64,000 nt of DNA from Eledone cirrhosa (GCA_964016885.1 OZ024755.1:29822001-29886000), one strand, 5' to 3'. Numbered from the stretch's first letter, positions 1 to 12,619 are shown. The notes: a model not told the origin generated them from the sequence alone. Translations and numbers: made by a program.

Positions 1-149
1 AATGTATATCATTGATGGTCGTGATACAGTTAACTGACATAGAGACGTTCAGAGGAAAAGTACATAGACCTATATTTTAGATAAATAGGATACATATCAA
101 TCTCCGAGTTACTTAGAAAATACATGAATAAATAATAGATATATTATAT

Positions 150-193
150 ATTGAGATAGATAGATATACATATATATATATATATATAGGTAC

Positions 194-276
<83 letters not shown>

Positions 277-279
277 TAC

Positions 280-314
<35 letters not shown>

Positions 315-319
315 GGTAC

Positions 320-354
<35 letters not shown>

Positions 355-359
355 GGTAC

Positions 360-394
<35 letters not shown>

Positions 395-399
395 GGTAC

Positions 400-432
<33 letters not shown>

Positions 433-640
433 CATATATATATAGACATATACATATATATATAGACATATACATATATATATATATATAGACATACATA
501 GACATATACATACAAATATATACATATATACACACACACATATATATATATACACACACACACACACACTTATATATATACATACACACATACTCATATA
601 CCTAGACACACACGCACAAATATATATATATATATATATA
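150..640. repeat. (TA)n-derived compound microsatellite with periodic GGTAC interruptions
   Basis: Long TA runs punctuated by 'aggtaca' about every 40-48 bp, then TACA/CA variants. Explains the Y/I/C/V ORFs here. Confidence 0.95.
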
Positions 641-1137
641 CGCAATGATACAGAGATATAGAACACGACCAAGTTATAAGAAATAAGTATTAAAGAATAA
701 TATACGTTTGACAGAATATAATAGATTATTATACCATATGATATGTAGCATATACTTAGAAACAAAAGTGAAAGAATAGAAAAAATTGAAACAAAATAAA
801 ATAGAAATATGAAAGAATAAATATCCCATAACTCGTCGTGGAGTCAAACGGCGTATCTAGGGCACTTTTAAACCTGGTAGTGCCCAACCCTCTCCAGATC
901 TGAACACAGCCGTTTTTTTTTTTTGTTTTGTTTTTTTTGTTTTGTTTTTTTCGATAGAGGAAGAATCGCTCCCAGAATTAGACTGGTACTTGTTTTTATC
1001 GACCTCAAAAGGATGAGATGCAAAGTTAACCAACGGGAGCGTTTGAACTCAGAGCGCGCCCCCAAGCGTTGCGACGAATACCGTAAAGCATTCTATCCGA
1101 CGTCTTTTTATCGACACTGCCAAAAATAGGTATAACT

Positions 1138-1240
1138 TTCATTCTGTAAAATCTCCCCATTTTTGCCTCATTTCAACCCGTTTGGGGGCACTTTTGATCA
1201 TGGTACTTCCCGTTTGCGTTTTTCGAGGTTGGCAGGTCTG
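1138..1240. mobile_element. Right-end fragment of the CAGACCTG-TIR MITE (family of 23948-24136)
   Basis: Matches 24040-24136 (gtaaaatctccccattt...catggtacttcccgtttg...ttggcaggtctg). Confidence 0.7.
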
Positions 1241-1427
1241 CAATGGCTGCGTAATGAGGTGATCCTCGAAGGAGGATATCCAGTTACAGTACCACGTCAA
1301 GTAAGCAAAGGATATCAAATCGAACCAAGGAAACGATATTTCCATGTCTTTCCATCACTGGTTTTATCTGCCGGATGTACCTCTTGGGGTAAAAAAATAA
1401 TGCGAAATAAAATATTTTGATCAGGAT

Positions 1428-1741
1428 TATAATTGATTCTACTTTTGGCACAGTGTATTACTGGTACTTTATTTTATAGACCCTGTAAGGATGAAAGGCA
1501 AAGTTAACCTCGGCTGGATTTGAACTCAGACCATAAAGGGTCGTAACTCTTTGCTGCAAAGCATGGCGCCAGACACTCTACAGATACTGCCAATCAACCT
1601 CCTTTGCTCAAGATCATAATTGTTTCTACTTTGGGCCCAAGGCCAGCAATTATTCCAGTGCATTACTGGTACTTTATTTTATCGACCCCGTAAGGATGAA
1701 AGGCAAAGTTAACCTCAGCGGGATTTGAACTCAGATCATAA
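1428..1741 (-). mobile_element. Two tandem copies of tRNA-derived SINE family A
   Basis: Reverse complement of the consensus GGCGGTGGATTGGCAGTATCGG (A-box-like)...GAGTTCAAATCC (B box)...GCCTTTCATCCTTACGGGGTCGATAAAATAAAGTACCAG...TTGTGCCAAAAGTAGAAACAATTATT. Confidence 0.9.
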
Positions 1742-2253
1742 TGCGCCGTCATTACTCACAACAATCGAATTCATGACCTTATGTGGATCACACACTTTCA
1801 CGCGCGCACACAGACTCGTGCGCGTGCGCGTGCGTGTGTGTGTGTGTGTCTGTGTGTGCGTGTGTCTATGTATGTAGAAGTAGTTTATATACTGCAAATA
1901 TTGACGTTTATTTCAAATCAGTTCTAACTATTAACTGTGAAGAAATTTTTCAAAGATTTTAAGTGAGAAAATCATTAAATCTGTTATTTGAAACGTAATC
2001 TGATTTTTAAACTGTAGAATATTATGTCTAATTATTTATGTGTTCATATATTTAATGCAAAAAATCGATGTGAGACGAGATAATTTCTATATTTATTTAT
2101 TTATTTATTTAACATAGCATCTATTGCTTACTCTGTATTGTTTTTCACATAGTAATTTAAAAATAAAATTAAAATGAATACTTTTGTTTTGTGCTGTCTG
2201 TTGAATTGTCTATTGTAGACATGATTTCAATAATCCATGACTGATATGTGTGT

Positions 2254-2359
2254 GTGTGGTGTGGTGTGGTGTGGTGTGGTGTGGTGTGGTGTGGTGTGGT
2301 GTGGTGTGGTGTGGTGTGGTGTGGTGTGGTGTGGTGTGGTGTGGTGTGGTGTGGTGTGG
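2254..2359. repeat. (GTGGT)n pentanucleotide microsatellite
   Basis: About 20 perfect units. Confidence 0.97.
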
Positions 2360-2464
2360 AGTGTGTGTGTGCGAGCGCGCGTATATATATATAGTGTAGG
2401 TTGTACGATGAAATACACATTCCAAAACGCGTCCACGTGCGTGCACACACACACACACACAAAT

Positions 2465-2554
2465 CCTGTCTGAGGAGCAGATCGATACTGGAGCCGGGTC
2501 CATAACTCCTATGGGTCACCTTGAGCCAATCCTCTACGAAACGCACGTAACAGG
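2465..2554 (+). ncRNA. Type-I hammerhead ribozyme motif in a Penelope-like terminal-repeat remnant (element about 2461-2611)
   Basis: CCTGT-CTGAGGA-[long stem II GCAGA...TCTAC]-GAAACG-CA-CGTA-ACAGG. Perfect 5-bp stem I, intact core, GUA cleavage triplet. AATAAA at 2564 and (TA)n follow. Confidence 0.75.
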
Positions 2555-2757
2555 TCGATACGCAATAAATATTTCTCATATGTAAACGAATCTTCCTCGT
2601 TATTTTCTATTATATATATATATATATATATTGGGACAGCGCTATATACATACCATTATTTGTTCATGGATAATAATATAAGACAACGTAGAAACTGTAG
2701 AACCTGGTCGCCAAGAGTTGAAGATATTATCAACAGCCAAAGAAGTGACAAACGTCT

Positions 2758-2840
2758 CAGTGAGTTGAGCAGTGAGTTGAGCAGTGAGTTGAGCAGTGAG
2801 TTGAGCAGTGAGTTGAGCAGTGAGTTGAGCAGTTTGAGCT
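2758..2840. repeat. 12-bp tandem repeat (CAGTGAGTTGAG) about x6.5
   Basis: Direct reading; produces the SELS repeats in ORF 2660..2842. Confidence 0.95.
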
Positions 2841-2929
2841 GAGGTTTATATCCCAAACACACCTAGTAATTTTGAACAGAATTTCAACAAAGAAAGTTTG
2901 ACAATCTGATAATATATACACACTCAAGA

Positions 2930-3146
2930 GTAATGGTTTCTGATTTAGGCACAAGGCCAACAATTTTCGGGGAGGGAAAAGTCAATTAAGTCGACCCCAG
3001 TTCTTTATTGGAACTTTATTTTATCGACCCCGTAAGTCAAGAAGGCAAAGCTAACCTCGGCAGTGTGTGAACTCAGAACGTAAAGGGCTGGAACAAATAC
3101 TGCTAAATGTGTGTCCCATGAAGTATTGGCTCAGCTAATCCACCCT
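2930..3146 (-). mobile_element. SINE family A, long diverged variant
   Basis: Same consensus, with the extra GGGGAGGGAAAAGTC..TCGACCCC segment. Confidence 0.8.
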
Positions 3147-3179
3147 TGTACACATCCAGTAACAATAAACTTGTTGTCA

Positions 3180-3480
3180 GTGAAGGGACGTTGCATAATG
3201 TATAGTGGGTTATGTTCACGATCGAGTTCGATTAACGGTTGCGTGTTGTATTCTTGATCAATACTTTTATTTCGCAGTTCTCCAGGCCAGTCAACTCGCA
3301 AAACAATAAATGTAGCTGTAATTCAAAGGGCCAGCTCTCTCACACACTGTGTCGCACTGAATTTTCCTGAACACTATGTGTGTGTGGAATGCGCAACTAC
3401 CTGCACATTAATTTTACAAGAAGGTTTGTTGTGTTGTTCGGACAAATGCAACTCTTCTTGAAATGACTGGAGCTTCAACA
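3180..3480 (+). mobile_element. SINE family B (older, decayed)
   Basis: Degenerate tRNA-like head, then 'tgttgtattcttgatcaatacttttatttcgc' (cf. 51725-51760) and a body 'gtaattcaaagggccagc..tcacacactgtgtc' matching the reverse complement of 53030-53390. Confidence 0.55.
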
Positions 3481-3509
3481 ATCAACGAACGAAACATTAT
3501 GTAGATGTA

Positions 3510-3871
3510 AATAATGTTTTCTACTTTTGGCACTACCAAACTACACCAGTGTATTACTGGTGCTTTATTTTATCGACCCCGTGAGGATGAAAGGCAAAGT
3601 TAACTGCAGCGGAATTTGAACTCAGAATGCAAAGCATGGTGTCTGACGCTCTACCGATACTGCCAATCCACCGCCCTTATGCAGATGCAAATAATTGTTT
3701 CTACTTTTAGGCACAAGGCCAGCAATTACCCAGTTCATTACTGGTACTTTATTTTATCGACCCCGTAAGGATGAAAGGCAAAGTCAACCTCGGCGGGATT
3801 TGAACACAGATCGTAAAGGGACGTAACTATGCTGGAAAGTATGGCGTCCGACCCTCTACCGATACTGCCAG
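3510..3871 (-). mobile_element. Two tandem SINE family A copies
   Basis: Consensus match. Each copy is preceded by the near-identical flank ttatgYagatgYaaataat. Confidence 0.9.
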
Positions 3872-4360
3872 CAAATAATGACAACTTTTCTATCTCGAAC
3901 GAATGAAATTATAATCTCATTAATAACTAATTGCAAACAGATGAATTTTATAGTAATAACAAGATAAGTCTAATTTAATTTCTCACTTTTCGTTATTTTA
4001 ATGTTATGAAGAAATAACAATGTAAAGAATTATTTGACTTGTTTAATGACATCTTTTAACACACTGACCACAAATACACCCCAATTCCACTTTAAATTCA
4101 AATACTTCAATATCACTACCACGTATTATCTGCTTTCAGTAAGTTGAATACGAGAGATATTTCTAATACTACACATGTATATATCATGGAGTTACAAACC
4201 TTTGCATGGTAGCTGCTAGACTAAAGCAATAATTGTGTACAAAATACAAACGACGACTCTGCTAAAAATTCAAATTTTTAATACTTCGTAGGTCTACTAA
4301 TCCTCATTAAACTTGTGGCGACACACTAACATATTCTAAAAAGACGATAATTTTCAAAGC

Positions 4361-4530
4361 ATGGTGTGGTAAGCTAACCAGATGGACCATAACGTACCAG
4401 AGGACTCGATGCGTAGTCAGGACCCCGAGGGCTAAGCTCCGGCCATTTCGACAGCTACATCCGAAAGCTGTCCGATCTAGCTGTCGAAACGGCCGGAGCT
4501 CAGCTGTCGGGGACCTGACTCTTTTCCTAT
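4361..4530 (-). mobile_element. Fold-back element family P1 (half-hammerhead, Penelope-like)
   Basis: Inverted repeat gtcaggaccccga..tttcgacagcta / tagctgtcgaaac..tcggggacctgac plus the family tail (gtggtaag..ggaccataacg.accagag.actc). Confidence 0.7.
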
Positions 4531-4546
4531 TAGATTATATATTATA

Positions 4547-4729
4547 TTGGCAGTATCGGTAGAGGGTCGGACGCCATGCTTTGACGCATAGAGTTACGGC
4601 CCTTTCCATTCTGAGTTCAAATCCCGCCGAGGTTAACTTTGCCTTTCATCCTTACGGGGTCGATAAAATAAAGTACCAGTAATGCACTGGGGTAATTTCT
4701 GGCCTTGTACCTAACGTAGAAACAATTAT
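4547..4729 (+). mobile_element. SINE family A
   Basis: Near-full consensus match. Confidence 0.92.
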
Positions 4730-5159
4730 ATTATATCTTCGATTTCATTTCATATTCACATATTCAATTGTTATACGAATAGTATAGACGTTGAGTTCAA
4801 ATATATTATGTCTTCGATTTCGTTCGAGAGATACGATCGAACGAAGTTACAGAATAATATTACAGATTCTCAGATAACGAAAATATGTTAACAAGATTAC
4901 ACATGTTTATTTCTTCCAATAAATGGTTTTAAATAAATAAACACTTTTAATGGATCTGTAATGTTATTAATTAATAGTTCGTTGTTTTTGTGTGTTTTTT
5001 TTGTTTTTTAGTATTGCTATTTCAATACATGTCTCGTTAGCAATGCATCACGATACGGCAAATAAACATTTGAATTATTTACTCTCATAGATATTCAATG
5101 TAGGAGTTGCTTCCTCGACATTACCTCCCACGTGGCCATACGTAGAAACACCCACACAC

Positions 5160-5176
5160 ATGCATGTATGTGTGTC

Positions 5177-5230
<54 letters not shown>

Positions 5231-5240
5231 CATATATATG

Positions 5241-5272
<32 letters not shown>

Positions 5273-5623
5273 TGTTTGTATATATACATATATATGTTTG
5301 TATATATACATATATGTATGTATATATACATATATGAAATGTATATATACATGTATGTATATATATATATATATATATGTATGTATATATACATGTATGT
5401 ATATATACATATATATATATGTATGTATATATACATGTATGTATATATACATATATATATGTATGTATATATACATGTATGTATATATACATATATATAT
5501 ATGTATGTATATATACATGTATGTATATATACATATATATATGTATGTATATATACATGTATGTATATATACACATACATACATACATACATACACATAT
5601 ACATACATACACATATACATACA

Positions 5624-5657
<34 letters not shown>

Positions 5658-6224
5658 CATACATACATATATACATACATACATATATACATACATACAT
5701 ACATATATACATACATATATATATACATACATACATACATACATATATATATACATACATATATACATACATACATATATACAAACATACATATATACAT
5801 ACATATACATATACATACATACATACATACATATACATATACATACATACATACATACATATATACATACATATATATATATATACATACATATATATAC
5901 ACATATATATATATACACATATATATATATATACATACATATATATATACATACATATACATATACATACATACATATATACATACATACATATATACAT
6001 ACATACATATACACATACATACATATATACATACATACATATATATATACATACATAGATATATATATACATACATATACATATACATACATATATATAT
6101 ATGTATGTGTGTATGTATATATGTATGTATGTATATATGTATGTATGTATATATATGTATGTATGTATGTATATATATATATGTATGTATATATATATAT
6201 GTATGTATATATATATATGTATGT

Positions 6225-6276
<52 letters not shown>

Positions 6277-6374
6277 GTATGTATGTATGTATGCATGTAT
6301 GTATGCATGTATGTATGCATGTATGTATGCATATATGTATGTATGTATGTATGTATGTATATATGTATGTATAT
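5160..6374. repeat. Compound (TA)/(TATG)/(CATA) microsatellite with strand-polarity switches
   Basis: TATG-rich to about 5570, CATA-rich to about 6100, then TATG-rich again. Confidence 0.95.
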
Positions 6375-6784
6375 GGGAGAGATGACCCCTTAGCCTTTGT
6401 CAAGGCAGAATTCTAGGAGAAGGAAAACTCTGATATAACACCTGCAACTCTGATGGTATCCAATGATGTTGACGTGTTCTTCTTTTTGGTAAATATCATC
6501 TTGGTTAAGAGAGTGGGACTGGCTTTGTGCAGTGCCTTTGCTCACTATAAAAGCTTCACGGCACAGGCATTGCTTTATATCTGGAGATCTCCCTGCATTT
6601 GTCGTCACATGATACCATGGGCCCAGCACTAAGTGTCAATAATTGTCACAAGTGTAGTGTTTGTACCAGAGTTTTCAAGTCGCTGGCTGGACTAAAAAGT
6701 CACACTCGTTCAGCGCATCGGTAGGGGTTCTCCTACATGGATATAAAGTAGTGGCCATACTCGAAAACGAGTTGGCAGCCACCA

Positions 6785-6806
6785 TGTATATATACATATA
6801 TATATG

Positions 6807-6839
<33 letters not shown>

Positions 6840-6963
6840 ACATATATATATGTATGTATACATATATATATATGCATGTATATATATATATATATATGCA
6901 TGTATATATACATATATATATATATATGCATGTATATATATATATATATATGTATGTATATGC

Positions 6964-6995
<32 letters not shown>

Positions 6996-7507
6996 GCATG
7001 TATATATATATATATATATGTATGTATATATATGTGTGTGTGTGTGTGTATATATACATGCATATATATATATACATATATATGTATGTATATATATATA
7101 TGTGTGTGTGTGTATATATACATGTATATATATATATACATATATATATGTATGTATATATATACATGCATATATGTATATATATATGTGTATGCATATA
7201 TACATGCATATATATATATATATATATATATACATGCATATATATATATATATATATATATATACATGCATATATATATATATATATATATATATACATG
7301 CATATATACATGCATATATATATATACATGCATATATACATGCATATATATATATACATGCATATATACATGCATATATATATATACATGCATATATACA
7401 TGCATATATATATACATGCATATATGTATATATAAATGCATATATACATGCATATATGTATATATACATGCATATATGTATATAAACATGCATATATATA
7501 TATATAT
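6785..7507. repeat. (TA)n microsatellite with CATG/TGCA interruptions
   Basis: Direct reading. Confidence 0.95.
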
Positions 7508-7679
7508 CCTCACATAATCCTACTCAGCCTCCGGACGCCCCCTTCTCCCTCTCCATCCGGACGCCCACACACACACACTGACTTACACTCCACCCCATGT
7601 ACACACTGGTTTTCCTATTACCCGAACAGAAAAGAGGAAACGAGGGGTGGAAGGTTTAACAGAAATATTACTGACAATA

Positions 7680-8892
7680 ATAATTGTTTCTACTTTAGGC
7701 ACAAGGCCAGCAATTACCCATTGTATTACTGGTACTTTATTTTATCGACCCCGTAAGGATGAAAGGCAAAGTCAACCTCGGCGGGATTTGAACTCAGATT
7801 GTAAAGGGACGTAACTATGCTGGAAAGCATGGCGTCCGATCCTCTACTGATAACAATAATAATAATAATTGTTTCTATTTTTGGCACAAGGCCAGCAATT
7901 ATGGGGGAAGGGAAAGTTGATTTGACCCTGTAGGTTACTGGTACTTTATTTTATTGACTCCGTAAGGATGAAAGGTAAAGTTAACCTCAGTGGGGTTTGA
8001 ACTCAGTATGTAAAGGGTCGTAATCTATGCTGCAAAGCATAATGTCCGCCACTTTACCCGACACTGTAATAATAGTAAAAAAACAAATAGATGATAATAA
8101 TTGTTTCTACTTTTGGCACAAGGCCAGCAATTACCCCAGTGCATTACTGGTACTTTATTTTATAGACCCCGTAAGGATGAAAGGCAAAGTTAACCTCAGC
8201 AGGATTTGAACTCAGATCAGAAAAGGGCGTAACTCTGTGCTACAAAGCATGTTGTCCGACCCTCTACAGATACTGCCAAACCACCAATAATAAAAATATA
8301 TATTCGAATGAGAAATGAAAGAGGGAGATGAATTAGAGTAAAATAAACTAAATATACTAGTAAAGGTAAAGATGAAAAAACAAAATAATAATAACCGTTT
8401 CTACTTTAGGGACAAGGCCAGCAACTCTTGGGGAGGGTAAAGTCGAATAAATCGACCCCGGTGCAAATAATTGTTTCTACTTTAGGCACAAGGCCAGCAA
8501 ATACCCAGTACATTACTGGGACTTTATTTTATCGACCCCGTAAGGATGAAAGGCAAAGTTAACCTCGGCGGGATTTGAACTCAGACTGTAAAGGGACGTA
8601 ACTATGCTAGAAAGCATGGCGTCAAACCCTCTACCGATACTGCCAATTCACCGATACTGCCAATTCACCGCCCCGGTGCAAATAATGGTTTCTGATTTAG
8701 TTCACAACACCATCAATTTTAGGGGAAGAGAAAGTCGATTAAATCGAGCCCAGTGCATTACTGGTACTTTATTTTATTAATCACGTAAAGATGAAAGTCA
8801 AAGCTAACCTCGACGGGGTTTTAACTGTGTATGTAAAGGGCGGTATCTACATGCCACGAAACAAGTTGTCCGACGCTTTACCGATACTACCA
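7680..8892 (-). mobile_element. Cluster of about 6 co-oriented SINE family A copies, one with a 16-bp TSD
   Basis: Copies at about 7680-7851, 7866-8065, 8096-8285, 8392-8460 (partial), 8472-8670 and 8687-8892. CCCCGGTGCAAATAAT flanks one copy at 8456-8471 and 8671-8686. Confidence 0.9.
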
Positions 8893-8963
8893 AGTATGAT
8901 AATGGTGTTGATAGTGATAATAAAATAAAATAAAATAAAATAAAATAAAACAATAGGTTAGAT

Positions 8964-9145
8964 CAGCCATGTCAAACATGCGACTCGCGGGCCGCATGCG
9001 GTCCTTTACAAGCACACTTGTGGCCCGCACAAACATGTTTTATCTTCGTAGCATAAAGTTTTAAAAAAATAGTTGTGGTGTGTGGCCCTCAGACAACACA
9101 TGTGACCCATGTGGCCCTCCTGGGACCCTCAGTTTGACATGCCTG
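8964..9145. mobile_element. hAT (Charlie-like) MITE
   Basis: TIRs CAGCCATGTCAAAC / GTTTGACATGCCTG, 8-bp TSD GGTTAGAT/GGCTAGAT, subterminal GCGGCCC/GTGGCCC motifs. Second copy at 53147-53370. Confidence 0.9.
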
Positions 9146-9174
9146 GGCTAGATGACACCGAAGACAAGAATACC

Positions 9175-9270
9175 TGTAGGCGACGTAGCCTCAGCGCGTG
9201 TTTGCGCATCATCAGCCACGGCATGCCCAGCCCTCCGTTAGAAGGGTGTTGACAGCAGATGGATCTCCTC
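9175..9270 (-). mobile_element. Short L1/Tx1-like ORF2 fragment
   Basis: Minus strand reads QHPSNGGLGMPWLMMRKHALRLRR, homologous to 60150-60225 (GGLGMPRLMMCRHALWLRQL). Confidence 0.65.
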
Positions 9271-10487
9271 ACTAATGGAGTATGTTTCTTCGAGACCCAC
9301 TCACTGACAATTCAGTCGGGGAGTCAATCTATACAATGGTAGATTTTTTTAAACGAAAAGCTTTGCTTTTTATAAGCAAAAAGACAAAAACTTACCAGCG
9401 AGACTGGCACACAACTTGCTCTATCTCAGATAGACAGACAGACAGACAGACAGGTAGGTAAGGTAAGTGGGTAGGTAGGTAGGTAGGTAGGTAGGTAGGT
9501 AGGTAGGTAGGTAAATAAGTACATAGGTAAGTATATATTCAATTTTATCAGCAGCTCCTATTTTCTATTCATTTCTTTTTTTTTTTTTTTTTTTTTTTCA
9601 TTTTTAATTCAATTTACATAGAAATGTTACTTTTATTTTCGTTTTTGCTGTTTGTTTTAACCTTTCAAAGTTAATTTCCATTTCTTTTGACTAATTTATT
9701 TCTATTAAATTTATCTGTGGTCCCTAAATCGATAAGATCAAATTTTTACTCATGTCTTTCGTTGATTTCGCAAGCGTTTAGTGTTATTGATTTATAGTCC
9801 TCTTTTAAATTTATTATAAAGAAATTAGTCGAAGGAAAACTAGATTAATGTAACACGCAATGAAACGTATTTAGTGCTTCTACAATACTAATTACTTACA
9901 TAAAATCCGAATTTCTCGTATTTATCGATGAAATGCTAAAAGTTAAAATTAAAACTGGTGACGAAATTATTTACTTTTTCGCTAGAACGAAAGATTAGAG
10001 AGAAAATTGACACCGTTAAATGGAGCCACAGGGAAATAAAAGAGAGTTGGATCCAACCATACCGTAATAACAAAGAACAGTCAACCTTTCTCACATTTTA
10101 AATAGATCTTGCATTTTTAAAAAAAGATTTCTTTCACCAAAAACTTACTAAAGACCAAGAAGATTTAACAGTTTTTCTTACTTTATATAAACTACAGCAA
10201 ACAATAGAAATTATTGAAGATTAAGACGTGGCTTAGTCGTTAAGATGTGGGATAGAATATCTATGGTATTTGTTTTGGAAATCTTTACTCTGAGTTCAAA
10301 TACGTTGAGGTCAGCTTTGCCTTTTATCATTTAAGGTTCAATAAATAAAGATCCTATCCAGTACTGGATTGTTTCCTCTCTCTCCAAACTTAAGTACCCG
10401 TATATGTCACCGATGTAACAGGTTATACTTAACTCGTCCGATGGACTGAGTGCTCTTCTTACACTTGAATATTTCTACCAAACTTGT

Positions 10488-10530
<43 letters not shown>

Positions 10531-10533
<3 letters not shown>

Positions 10534-10797
10534 AGAGAGAGAGAAAGAAAGAGAGTAAGAAGGAAAGAAAGAGAGAGTAAGAAGGAAAGAAAGGGAGAGT
10601 AAGAAGGAAAGAAAGGGAGAGTAAGAAGGAAAGAAAGGGAGAGTAAGAAGGAAAGAAAGGGAGAGTAAGAAGGAAAGAAAGGGAGAGTAAGAAGGAAAGA
10701 AAGGGAGAGTAAGAAGGAAAGAAAGGGAGAGTAAGCAGGAAAGAAAGAGAGAGTAAGAAGGAAAGAAAGAGAGAGTAAGAAGGAAAGAAAGAGAGAG
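10531..10797. repeat. 22-bp purine minisatellite (AAGAAGGAAAGAAAGGGAGAGT) about x11
   Basis: Period 22 read directly. Confidence 0.95.
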
Positions 10798-10865
10798 GTA
10801 TACTTTATATGTTTCAACATGCGTTTTCAGATAAGAAATCCTGCAAAACAAATTAAATAACGAAG

Positions 10866-10900
<35 letters not shown>

Positions 10901-11187
10901 ATTCAATAAATGTAATTAAGATCTAACACTTGGTCCTTTTTATTATTAGTAGTATTACAATCTGCTTAGTACAACACCACTATACCTACTGGAAACTACT
11001 ACTCGAGTGCCCACTCTGGTGAACCTACAGTAACTGGACGTTACAATCCATATATATATATAACGGGATTATAAACACGTAAATATTTGGGATTATTACA
11101 TTTGCTAAGGTAACATTCTTTTGTTATCTTAACATTTTTAATTATCTTTCTAGTGCATTGTTTGGTTTTCAAAATTATTTTCATTTG

Positions 11188-11218
<31 letters not shown>

Positions 11219-11225
<7 letters not shown>

Positions 11226-11473
11226 AAAAAAGATGAAATCGAAAATGCAATTGGGGTCTTTTTAAATATATATTTATTTGGTTCCTTTACCGGTTTCGCA
11301 GTTTTGTGCTTTTCAAAAGTAGAATTGAGATGCGAGAAAAACTACGAACCCTCCATCTCAATTCTACTTTTGAAAAGCACAAGAACTGCGAAACCGGTAA
11401 AGGAACCAAATAAATATATATTTTTTTTAAAAAGACTCCAGTTGCATTTTCGATTCCATCGTTTTTCCTTATA
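11219..11473. mobile_element. Fold-back element family P2 (about 115-bp arms, 21-nt spacer) in (TA)n
   Basis: Arms 11219-11332 and 11354-11473 are near-perfect reverse complements. A partial copy lies at 54105-54198. Confidence 0.85.
11367..11402 (+). ncRNA. Minimal hammerhead motif, U3-A8 variant core
   Basis: CTT-TTGAAAA-GCA(CAAGAAC)TGC-GAAAC-CG-GTA-AAG. Stem I 3 bp, stem II 3 bp, palindromic ACCGGT stem III, GUA site. Mirrored on the minus strand in the left arm. Confidence 0.6.
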
Positions 11474-11530
11474 CTTTCACTCGTGTAGGACATCTCGTTT
11501 TTTTTTTTTTTCATTTTGTAAAAAAAACAC

Positions 11531-11580
<50 letters not shown>

Positions 11581-11759
11581 AGAGAGATGGTTTTATTTGT
11601 ACTAAAGATGAAGGAATAAAACCGTCTCTCTCATTTACTGTAATAAAACTCCGATGAACGAAAAGCAGGAAGTGCTTCACGTCTGTTTAAGAATAAGTCG
11701 GCAGATGTTTAATCAACCAACTTTCTTCAATTGAAATATATATATATGCATAACAACAA

Positions 11760-11850
11760 AAGAAGTGTGGTAAGGAACCCGGTTGACCATAAAGCACCAG
11801 AGTACTCGGATCTAGCTGTCGAGACGGCCGGAGCTCGTCCCGACTCTTTT

Positions 11851-11851
<1 letters not shown>
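11760..11851 (-). mobile_element. Partial family P1 element
   Basis: gtggtaaggaacc..gaccataa.gcaccagagtactc plus gatctagctgtcga.acggccggagctc. Confidence 0.6.
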
Positions 11852-11890
<39 letters not shown>

Positions 11891-12619
11891 AAACTGAACC
11901 TGGACCTGGACCTGAACCGATAAGGTCTGGTTTCTTGGGTATATCACTATTTATAAAACAAATTTTATATTTTATCTGACGAGGGCGTGCCAAAATGTTG
12001 GTACCCTTGAAATATATACAATAAAATAAATATGGTTTTATAAATGTAGTTTCCTTTTATTAATATCATTGATATTATACTCCAGAAAAACTGTAGAGTG
12101 CTTTGAATCTGTTATAAATAAATTTATTGAATAACCAACAAATTAAATATCTCTTTGCTTATATATATATATATATATATTATATATAGTAAGAAAGAGT
12201 GGAATGCAGAGATTGATGACGCATGTACGTGTTAAACAGATCAGATTTCCTTTATCTTTCGCAAGAATAAAAAGAAAACTTACAAATTCAAAGGAATTAT
12301 ATGGAATGTATTTATATTTGAATATTCTTTAAATGGTAGGCATTGGGGCTATTTAAAAGTACAATATACCGAACTAAGACAAACAAAAACAGACATGTTT
12401 GAAGTAATCGCCTCAACCACTTTGCGAAGAAAACAATATATAAAAAAATTACAAACCAGTACATAGTGTTACCATGGTAACGTGTAGAAATATGGTGTCG
12501 TGTAATAGAAATGAAACATCGAGATCGATCGTAAGGAATATTTGCTTCTGATATCAGCTTTTTATTGCTGCTATTATTATTATTATTATTGTTGTTGTTT
12601 ATTTCTTCTTGTTTTTTCT

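Noticed and set aside
822-903. Minus-strand CTGGAGA..GGGCACT/AGTGCCC..GATAC hammerhead-like arrangement
   Set aside because: Both core boxes are mismatched and stem I is unclear, so it is too degenerate to call.
2660-2842. ORF starting FMDNNIRQRR, reminiscent of the Tc1 transposase motif FMDDNARPH
   Set aside because: One short imperfect motif running into a 12-bp repeat, with no TIR support.
6376-6783. Unique-looking, GC-richer island between microsatellites
   Set aside because: No credible ORF or splice structure. CTAGGAGAAGGAAAACTCTGA suggests a LINE 5' region, but I cannot support that further.
109-7517. Long ORFs of 200-440 aa rich in Y/I/C/M/H/T
   Set aside because: Stop-free translations of TA/CA/TG microsatellites in several frames on both strands. 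The same applies to ORFs at 21.5k, 34k, 41-43k, 55k and 58k.
11977-12010. ACGAGGGCGTGCCAAAA, a mariner-like terminus
   Set aside because: No matching second TIR was found.
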